Below are positions 26,508 to 33,181 of a stretch of 48,480 nucleotides of DNA, piece by piece (the first letter of the stretch is position 1; every line of letters starts with the position of its first letter). This DNA is from Candidatus Kerfeldbacteria bacterium. Lineage in GTDB: Bacteria > Patescibacteriota > Patescibacteriia > SBBC01. The translations under genes and the position numbers were made by a program. Under the pieces are notes generated by a model. It saw only the letters and a program-made list of their open reading frames with translations. It did not search any database and was not told where the DNA came from. The stretch spans positions 1 to 48,480 of the forward strand of contig JACQKH010000051.1 in assembly GCA_016204585.1 (NCBI GenBank). The letters run 5' to 3'.

Positions 26508-26903
26508 TCACCTCGCTGGATGACCGGTTTCACGAGCGTCTCCTTCCGGAAAGTCCGGCGGAGTGGACACGGGCTGCCAGCGCTCGTACAGCTCGGTGGG
26601 CAGGCCGGTTTGATTCATCGGGTCATAGCCCTCGCGCTCGAGGATGGTGATCAACTCTGCCGGCAGTAGACTGTACCGCGTGTCGGTCAATCCCCGACCT
26701 TGTAAACAGCGCTGCCAAGCGTCGAACAGGGTACCGCCACTGATCTGTTTGAATGCTCCCGGTGAGAGATCCACCAGCATGCTGGCGAACCATTCCCGAA
26801 ACTGCCGTTCGATCTCCGTCCGCGGGACAAAGCGTCGGCACTCAGTCCCCCACGCGGTCGTTTCGTACCGCGTGTCTCGCAGCGCGACAGTGTGCACTGC
26901 CAT
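26508..26903 (-). CDS. Hypothetical protein (131 aa), the lone minus-strand gene in a plus-strand block
   Basis: GGAGGG lies 7 nt upstream of ATG 26901-26903 (MAVHTV). I recognise no motif. Confidence 0.6.
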   Translation of the reverse strand: MAVHTVALRDTRYETTAWGTECRRFVPRTEIERQFREWFASMLVDLSPGAFKQISGGTLFDAWQRCLQGRGLTDTRYSLLPAELITILEREGYDPMNQTGLPTELYERWQPVSTPPDFPEGDARETGHPAR

Positions 26904-27023
26904 CTTTATTCCCTCCTTCAACGAGCGCTCAACAACCGCACTCAACGAATTCATTCCGCTTCAGTCCACATTTCAACAAACACTACACTGTACTCCTCTT
27001 GACGGAACTTGTCAAGCCACGCC

Positions 27024-28103
27024 ATGAACAACCATACCAAATATCTCCTCGCTTTTCAAAAACTCGGCATCGGTTATCAGACGCTGCAAAAACTACTCAC
27101 ACATTTTACCAACATTGAGGAGCTGTGGCGCGCTTCTGAATCCCAACTTCGCACAACTGCCGTTTCCCAAGAGTTCATCGAGAAATTCATGCGTCGGTGC
27201 CACACTATTCGTCCAGACCAACTCCTAGATGATGTGCAAATTCCTGGAATACAAATTATTTCCGTGGTGGATTCGCGCTATCCCGTTTTACTTCGTGAAA
27301 CTCACAGTCCGCCGCTGGTTCTGTTTGTCCGTGGTTCAATCGACAGTCTCTTCACCAAATGTCTGACCGTGGTGGGAACGAGAAAACCGACTTCCTATGG
27401 AAGATCAGCCACGCACGCGCTGATTCGGCCGATAGCCCAAGACGGCGTTACCATCGTCTCCGGCCTGGCTTACGGCATAGATACGGAAGCGCATGAAGCG
27501 GCGCTGGCGGCCGGCGGACAGACCATCGCCGTGCTGGGGAGCGGGGTGGATATGGTCTACCCTCGTCAGAACGAAGAGTTGGCCGAACGAATTCTCGCCC
27601 GTCGCGGCGCGCTGATCAGCGAGTACCCGCCTGGCACTGAGCCACAAAAACACTTTTTTCCGCAACGCAACCGGATCATGGCCGGGTTGAGTCCGGCCAC
27701 CGTAATCATTGAGGCCGGTAAAAAATCGGGGGCGCTCATCACTGCGCGCTTGGCCTTGGACGAAAACCGCGAGGTCTTTGCCGTTCCCGGCCCGATCACC
27801 AGTGATGCCTCGATTGGGCCAAACACTCTCCTCAGCCAAGGGGCGACGGTGGTCCGATACGCTCAAGACCTCCATCAATCGCTGGGCCTTGACATTTACG
27901 GCGCCGTCCAGAAGAATGATCAAATCCGAGCTGGTTCACCAACTGAGGAGAAGCTCCTCGCGCTCCTTACCGAACCCAGGCATGTTGACGAACTCGTCGC
28001 AATCAGTCATCTTTCCGCCAGTGTCGTCAACGCCACTTTAAGTGTGCTGGAAATGAAAGGACGAATTCGCCACCTTGGCGGAATGCACTACGTCAGAAAT
28101 TAG
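27024..28103 (+). CDS. dprA: DNA processing protein DprA (Smf)
   Basis: GLAYGIDTEAHEAAL, VLGSGVD..YP, FPQRNRIMAGLS, C-terminal winged-helix-like tail. ATG 27024 is preferred over the TTG at 27009. Confidence 0.9.
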   Translation: MNNHTKYLLAFQKLGIGYQTLQKLLTHFTNIEELWRASESQLRTTAVSQEFIEKFMRRCHTIRPDQLLDDVQIPGIQIISVVDSRYPVLLRETHSPPLVLFVRGSIDSLFTKCLTVVGTRKPTSYGRSATHALIRPIAQDGVTIVSGLAYGIDTEAHEAALAAGGQTIAVLGSGVDMVYPRQNEELAERILARRGALISEYPPGTEPQKHFFPQRNRIMAGLSPATVIIEAGKKSGALITARLALDENREVFAVPGPITSDASIGPNTLLSQGATVVRYAQDLHQSLGLDIYGAVQKNDQIRAGSPTEEKLLALLTEPRHVDELVAISHLSASVVNATLSVLEMKGRIRHLGGMHYVRN

Positions 28104-28105
28104 TG

Positions 28106-28198
28106 GTTCAGCTCGTTAGTTTATTAGCTCGTTGGCGCTTACCGCGTTTAGTGAATCGCTAACGAGCTAAAGAGCTAGCCGCCAACGAGCCAACCGCT
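28106..28198 (+). repeat. TAGCTCGTTAG four-box intergenic element, copy B
   Basis: Boxes at 28109-28119 and 28125-28135 (forward) and 28159-28169 and 28182-28191 (reverse complement). It fills the whole dprA-topA gap and ends 2 nt before the topA ATG. Confidence 0.65.
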
Positions 28199-28200
28199 TT

Positions 28201-30453
28201 ATGTCCAAAAACCTCATCATCGTTGAATCGCCGACCAAGGCCAAAACCATCTCGCGATTCCTCGGTAAACAATACGACGTTCAATCAAGCTTCGGTCACA
28301 TCCGTGACCTGCCAAAATCGAAGCTCGGCGTTGACGTGGAACACGGCTTCACGCCGCAATACGTCATCCCCACGAAGTCGAAGAAAACCGTCACTGCCCT
28401 GAAAAAATCAGCGGCCAAGGCGGCGACCGTCTACTTTGCAACTGACGAGGACCGCGAAGGTGAAGCGATTTCTTGGCATTTAGCTGAGCTCTTGGATCAA
28501 CCCGCCGATAAGCTCAAGCGCATCGTTTTCCACGAAATTACCGAGGAGGCCATCGCGGAAGCGCTAAAAAATCCCCGTGAACTCGACCTCCGATTGGTTG
28601 ACGCTCAACAGGCCCGACGCATCCTTGACCGACTGGTCGGCTACGAACTCTCACCGTTACTCTGGAAGAAGGTAGCCAAGGGGCTTTCGGCTGGCCGTGT
28701 TCAATCAGTGGCGGTTCGCTTGATTGTTGAGCGCGAACGGGAAATCCAGGCCTTTAAGCCGCAAGAGTACTGGTCAATCGAAGCGCTTTTTGCCAACCAG
28801 GCCGGACAACAGTTCAGTACCAGACTGGCAAAGAAAAATGGCGCATCGCTCGATCGGCTGGCGATAAACCATAAACAAGAGGCCGACGCTATTCTCAAGG
28901 CGCTCGACCGAGCTCAGTACGCTGTTGATGATGTCCAGCAGAAAGAAGTCCGGAAAAATCCTTACCCGCCGTACACCACCTCCACGCTGCAGCAAGACGC
29001 TAACCGCAAGCTGGGTTTTTCCAGCAAGCAGACCATGGTCATTGCCCAGCAACTCTACGAAGGCGTCGAGCTCGGCCGTCAAGGTCCGACCGGACTAATC
29101 ACCTACATGCGCACCGACTCAGTCAACCTGGCCGCCAAGTTCATTGGCGAAGCCGGCGCTCATATTAGCCGGGCCTATGGCGCAAACTACCATTCGCCGC
29201 GGCGTTTTCAAACCAAATCCAAGGGCGCGCAAGAAGCTCACGAGGCAATCCGGCCGGCCGATCCGACAGTTACGCCCGAGACGGTCAAACCTTATCTCGA
29301 AGACTGGCAATTCAAACTTTACGACCTGATCTGGCGGCGTGCGGTCGCCTCGCAGATGGCTGAGGCGATCATGGACTCAACCACGGTGGACATCGCCAGC
29401 ACTGGAACGACCGACAAATTCACCTTCCGGGCGAATGGGCAGGTGACGAAATTCGACGGCTACCTCAAGGTCGCCACGGAGAACGTCAAGGAAACTGAGC
29501 TTCCGCCACTCCACCGAGGCGAAAAAGTGGAACTGAAATCCATTACCCCCAGCCAGCACTTCACCGAACCGCCGGCCCGCTACTCGGAAGCGGGCCTCGT
29601 GAAAAAACTCGAGGAGTACGGCATTGGCCGGCCCTCTACCTATGCGCCGACCATTGCCACTATCATCGAACGCGGTTATGTTGAGCGGTTCGAGCGACGC
29701 CTGAAACCAACTGATATCGCCCTCATCGTCAACGATCTCCTGGTTAAGCACTTCCCGGAAATCGTGGATTATGCTTTCACCGCCAAAATGGAAGAGGAAC
29801 TCGACGAAATCGCGGCGGGGACCAAGCAATGGATGCCGGTCATCGAAAAATTCTACACGCCCTTCAAGCAGCACCTGAACACTAAACAAGAAACGCTGTC
29901 GAAGAAAGAACTTACCGAGAAGGCGACCGAGTACGTTTGCGAAAAGTCCGGTCATCCGATGGTCATCAAGTACGGCCGGTTTGGAAAATTCCTGGCCTGC
30001 TCCGGTTACCCGGAGTGCAAGAACACGAAGGAATTGAACGGCGACAATTCAATTGCGGAACAGACAAAAACCATGGAGGGTGTCGGCGAGACCTGCCCGA
30101 CGTGCAAACAGGGTAAACTGGCGCTCAAACGCGGCAGGTTCGGCCCGTTCCTCGGGTGCGACCGTTACCCGGAGTGCAAGTACATCAAGAACATTGAAAA
30201 AAAGACGGGCGTGACCTGCCCGGAGTGCGGCAAGGGCGACATCATCGAAAAGCGCTCGCGCTACGGCAAGACCTTCTACTCCTGCAACCGATATCCGGAG
30301 TGCAAGTTCGCCCTCTGGAGCAAGCCGACCGGGGAAAAATGCCCCGAATCCGGTGACCTGCTGGTCTACGGCGCGAAAGGCACGGTTCGCTGCTCGAGCA
30401 AGACCTGCAAGTACGTCAAGCAAGCTGAGCAACAGCCGCAGCCAACACAGTAA
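28201..30453 (+). CDS. topA: DNA topoisomerase I
   Basis: TOPRIM LIIVESPTKAKTI..., DEDREGE, active-site region GLITYMRTDS, four C-terminal CxxC...CxxC zinc ribbons. Confidence 0.97.
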   Translation: MSKNLIIVESPTKAKTISRFLGKQYDVQSSFGHIRDLPKSKLGVDVEHGFTPQYVIPTKSKKTVTALKKSAAKAATVYFATDEDREGEAISWHLAELLDQPADKLKRIVFHEITEEAIAEALKNPRELDLRLVDAQQARRILDRLVGYELSPLLWKKVAKGLSAGRVQSVAVRLIVEREREIQAFKPQEYWSIEALFANQAGQQFSTRLAKKNGASLDRLAINHKQEADAILKALDRAQYAVDDVQQKEVRKNPYPPYTTSTLQQDANRKLGFSSKQTMVIAQQLYEGVELGRQGPTGLITYMRTDSVNLAAKFIGEAGAHISRAYGANYHSPRRFQTKSKGAQEAHEAIRPADPTVTPETVKPYLEDWQFKLYDLIWRRAVASQMAEAIMDSTTVDIASTGTTDKFTFRANGQVTKFDGYLKVATENVKETELPPLHRGEKVELKSITPSQHFTEPPARYSEAGLVKKLEEYGIGRPSTYAPTIATIIERGYVERFERRLKPTDIALIVNDLLVKHFPEIVDYAFTAKMEEELDEIAAGTKQWMPVIEKFYTPFKQHLNTKQETLSKKELTEKATEYVCEKSGHPMVIKYGRFGKFLACSGYPECKNTKELNGDNSIAEQTKTMEGVGETCPTCKQGKLALKRGRFGPFLGCDRYPECKYIKNIEKKTGVTCPECGKGDIIEKRSRYGKTFYSCNRYPECKFALWSKPTGEKCPESGDLLVYGAKGTVRCSSKTCKYVKQAEQQPQPTQ

Positions 30454-30456
30454 CTA

Positions 30457-30537
30457 ACATTTGACGTTTTACGTTTGACCATTGACCAAAACGTGAGAAG
30501 GGTTAGTCAAATGTCAAGGGTCAAACGTCAAATGTTC
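30457..30537. repeat. GTCAAAYG palindromic repeat element, copy 2
   Basis: Left arm is AACATTTGACGTTTTACGTTTGACC (30457-30480). Right arm is GGTCAAACGTCAAATGTT (30519-30536), plus TAGTCAAATGTCAAGG. It starts 4 nt after the topA stop and ends 6 nt before the next ATG. Confidence 0.6.
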
Positions 30538-30542
30538 TAAAC

Positions 30543-30890
30543 ATGCTCCTCCGCTGGATTTTAAACTCGCTCATCATCCTGGCGCTGCCCTACCTGATTT
30601 CGGGCATCACCGTCCGTAACTTCTGGACCGCGCTGATTGTGGCTCTGGTCTTCGGCATTCTCAATGCCCTGGTCAAACCCATCCTCATCATCCTGACCTT
30701 GCCGGTCACTATTCTCTCACTCGGCCTCTTTGTTTTCATCCTCAACGCCGTTCTGCTGTGGTTAACCAGTACGATTGTCAAAGGTTTTGAAATACGCAGC
30801 TTTTCGGCGGCCGTGCTCGCAGCCGTAGTCCTCTGGGTCGGCAGCATGCTGATTAACGCTTTGTCAAAACAAAAACGGGCGCGGACTTGA
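30543..30890 (+). CDS. Holin superfamily IV / YvlD (DUF360)-like four-TM membrane protein
   Basis: 115 aa. Pattern WILNSLIILALPYLISGI....FWTALIVALVFGILNALVKPILIILTLP..ILSLGLF.FILNA..LWL is as I remember for Phage_holin_4_2. Confidence 0.7.
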   Translation: MLLRWILNSLIILALPYLISGITVRNFWTALIVALVFGILNALVKPILIILTLPVTILSLGLFVFILNAVLLWLTSTIVKGFEIRSFSAAVLAAVVLWVGSMLINALSKQKRART

Positions 30891-30914
30891 GAGTCCGCGC
30901 CTGTAACGATTTTT
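30878..30914 (+). terminator. Rho-independent terminator
   Basis: GGCGCGGACT-TGAG-AGTCCGCGCC (10-bp perfect stem; the stop codon is in the loop), followed by TGTAACGATTTTTT. Confidence 0.7.
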
Positions 30915-30944
30915 TCTCCAGCGCACCTTTTCTAAGGTGCACAA

Positions 30945-30986
30945 TGAAACAAAACGAAAAGACCCACCGGATTTCCTCCAAATCCG
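30945..30986 (-). terminator. Candidate terminator of the minus-strand small-protein operon
   Basis: Minus strand reads CGGATTT-GGAGG-AAATCCG, then GTGGGTCTTTTCGTTTTGTTTC. Confidence 0.5.
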
Positions 30987-31034
30987 ATGGGCTCTGTTGC
31001 TGCACAGAACATCTTCGCCGTTCGCGTTCGACTA

Positions 31035-31193
31035 TCACCAGTCGAACCATTCAGCGAGCTTCTCCAGGATCAGCCCGACCGGCGTGAACAGCCACCCGAA
31101 GAAATTTCCGAAGGATAACCGTGGCTGCTCACCTACATCGTTGACCCAGTCCCCCGGCGGATCTCGATGATGGTGCTTGCCCGTACTGGTCAT
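31035..31193 (-). CDS. Small protein, 52 aa (His/Pro-rich N-terminus, hydrophobic FGNFFGWLFTPVGLIL)
   Basis: AAGGGGG lies 7 nt upstream of ATG 31191-31193. The longer 75-aa version (start 31262) lacks any SD. Confidence 0.35.
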   Translation of the reverse strand: MTSTGKHHHRDPPGDWVNDVGEQPRLSFGNFFGWLFTPVGLILEKLAEWFDW

Positions 31194-31289
31194 GGCGTAA
31201 CCCCCTTGCAGTTGTTGTCCATTACCTTTGCCGAGAAACGTGTGGCTCGGCAGTACCGTCATGCGGATCGTAGTTGATGATACCGCGAA

Positions 31290-31463
31290 TCACGGTCCGA
31301 TCTTCGGTCCCAGCCATGTGGTAAGGAGTACCCACGCCACGCCGGCCAGCCATATCAGCACCAGCTTCCAGCCGAAACTGAGGGAATACTTCTTCGGCGG
31401 CGGAACGACTCGAGCCGGACCGATCGCGGGTGGAAACTTCCGCGAACTATCGGCCACGTCCAA
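31290..31463 (-). CDS. Small single-TM protein, about 55-57 aa
   Basis: GAGGAGGTGA precedes TTG 31461-31463 or GTG 31455-31457. TM segment WKLVLIWLAGVAWVLLTTWL. Below the ORF-track size cutoff; translated by hand. Confidence 0.45.
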   Translation of the reverse strand: MDVADSSRKFPPAIGPARVVPPPKKYSLSFGWKLVLIWLAGVAWVLLTTWLGPKIGP

Positions 31464-31492
31464 TCACCTCCTCACTGCCTGACGCTCACGAT

Positions 31493-31618
31493 CTAGTTAG
31501 TGAAAATGACGGTGAGCGGAATCCCGATGAACATCAGGACGATCGAACCGATCATTGCAAAAGCCATGATGATCATGGCTCTACCTGCGGTTCTGATCTC
31601 ATCACGTCCCAACTTCAT
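31493..31618 (-). CDS. Small single-TM protein, 41 aa
   Basis: MKLGRDEIRTAGRAMIIMAFAMIGSIVLMFIGIPLTVIFTN. The upstream TAG stop runs into GGAGGTG-ATG, so the SD spacing is very short. Translated by hand. Confidence 0.4.
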   Translation of the reverse strand: MKLGRDEIRTAGRAMIIMAFAMIGSIVLMFIGIPLTVIFTN

Positions 31619-31624
31619 CACCTC

Positions 31625-32296
31625 CTACTTATGGTGCGAATCCGGGACGATGTGAATGCCCCAGACCACCGTGTTGACCACGCCCAGCCCGACAGCCAGT
31701 CGGTTCTGCCACTTCGCTGACTCGTTTCGCCGATCGAGATCGCTCCGCAGGGCGTCAAACCCGCCGCGCAGCTGCGTTGCCGAACGCTGCGCTTCATCGG
31801 CCTTGGCAACGGCGGCATTGGCGACCACGAACGCCGAGTCAATCCGGTCGGACACGGCGTTGAAATCATTGTCCACCGCCTCACCCAGCTCGTTGAGATC
31901 GGCGGCCACCTGCGTTATCGCGCTGTCGAGTCGATCGGCCCGCACTTCGATGGCATACTGCCGGCTGGCCAGCTCCATCATCTTGGTGTTGATCGCCGCC
32001 AGACGCTGCTGGGTGACGCCGGCCAACTGCTTTGCCGAGTCGGCACGGGCCGCCGCCTGTTCAGCTCGGCTGTTGGCCTGCTGAGCCAATGCCGCGACCC
32101 GCTTGGCCGAGTTCAGTTCGTCCTCTAGGCGCTTAACGCGCTGGTCGTCCGCCGCCTGGCTGAAGATCATTGACACGACGGCTCCGACCAGAACGAGAAC
32201 CACTGCCCAGACACCCAAGAGCCATCCGTTCGTCTTGCCCAGCCGATCCCCAACCGTCGGTTGCGCCTTCTCCACCACATCCCAACTGCGTGACAT
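31625..32296 (-). CDS. Coiled-coil protein with hydrophobic segments at both ends (223 aa)
   Basis: GGAGG lies 8 nt upstream of the ATG. N-terminal TM segment WLLGVWAVVLVLVGAVVSMIF, about 150 aa of Ala/Gln/Arg/Asp-rich heptad-like sequence, and a C-terminal hydrophobic LAVGLGVVNTVVWGIHIV. Confidence 0.75.
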   Translation of the reverse strand: MSRSWDVVEKAQPTVGDRLGKTNGWLLGVWAVVLVLVGAVVSMIFSQAADDQRVKRLEDELNSAKRVAALAQQANSRAEQAAARADSAKQLAGVTQQRLAAINTKMMELASRQYAIEVRADRLDSAITQVAADLNELGEAVDNDFNAVSDRIDSAFVVANAAVAKADEAQRSATQLRGGFDALRSDLDRRNESAKWQNRLAVGLGVVNTVVWGIHIVPDSHHK

Positions 32297-32332
32297 GATT
32301 GTTTCCTCCTTCGCATGATACTTCAGCGGTAA

Positions 32333-32479
32333 CTACGTCAACATCGAAGCCAGGGCAAACAACGCCCCGATGATCGTTCCCCACACGATTAGTCCCATGC
32401 ATGACCTGAACATCAGACCTTCGATCAGAAGTTCCCGCGTGATCTGACCAAGGTACGCCCACTCCTCTCTGGTAGCCAC
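32333..32479 (-). CDS. Small single-TM protein, 48 aa
   Basis: GGAGGAGG lies 6 nt upstream of GTG 32477-32479. (M)ATREEWAYLGQITRELLIEGLMFRSCMGLIVWGTIIGALFALASMLT. Translated by hand. Confidence 0.5.
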   Translation of the reverse strand: MATREEWAYLGQITRELLIEGLMFRSCMGLIVWGTIIGALFALASMLT

Positions 32480-32544
32480 TGTCTTCCTCCTCCGTGATCG
32501 AACTGTCCGCCTTCAATCTCAAACAACAGTCCGGGAACAGAACT

Positions 32545-32913
32545 TCACGGAATCTCGGGGTCTGGCATGTAGATCTCGAACATCCGACACAACGCCTTCA
32601 TGCCGTCGAGCACGCCTCCCAGCTGTTCACGCGATCCGCACGTGATCTTCCATCTTCCGCCGTTACCCTCGACATCGAGTAAATAAATCGAAATCTTGGG
32701 ATCACCCACGAGGGCGTTGCGAACGACCACATTGATGGCCTTCTCACCTTCTTTCACCACTTCTGCCAGCACCTGATCGCGGCACTCTCGCAGCACCCGC
32801 TCCAGTTCCGGGCTAGATGCCCTGGCAATGAACTCATCGAGAATACGCACCATCTCGCTTTTCTTGCCTCGCCGAGCATGCACACCGATCAACGCATTGC
32901 GACTCATAGCCAT
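32545..32913 (-). CDS. Hypothetical soluble protein, 122 aa, first gene of the small-protein operon
   Basis: GGAGAGGGG lies 8 nt upstream of ATG 32911-32913 (MAMSRNALIG...). The ORF-track start at 33132 would run through the terminator/leader structures. Confidence 0.6.
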   Translation of the reverse strand: MAMSRNALIGVHARRGKKSEMVRILDEFIARASSPELERVLRECRDQVLAEVVKEGEKAINVVVRNALVGDPKISIYLLDVEGNGGRWKITCGSREQLGGVLDGMKALCRMFEIYMPDPEIP

Positions 32914-33102
32914 GACGTTTTCCCCTCTCCGAATTGTCCGCCCAAACAAAAGCGGCGAGTTGTGATCCGAACCTCCAATCTCCAACCTCCGACTTCTGCT
33001 TCTGGCACGAACAGCACCCTCCGTCCTCAAATCACAAACGGCCGTATCTTGGCACAGCGACCACGCCGCGTCAAGCGCACCCCGCGCTTGTTGAACAAAA
33101 TT

Positions 33103-33154
33103 GTAGCGTGCCCATTTATGGGCTTTGTTCATTGCCGATAAATCGGCACGCTAC
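33103..33154 (-). terminator. Compound hairpin downstream of the O-antigen-ligase-like gene
   Basis: GTAGCGTGCC (33103-33112) pairs with GGCACGCTAC (33145-33154), enclosing GCCCATTTATGGGC and GCCGATAAATCGGC. The minus strand continues AATTTTGTT. Confidence 0.4.
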
Positions 33155-33181
33155 GTAAGACAGCTACGGCGCGGGGCGCGG

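Noticed and set aside
30853-31050. 65-aa minus-strand ORF between the holin-like gene and the small-protein operon.
   Set aside because: It spans two terminator hairpins and has no SD.
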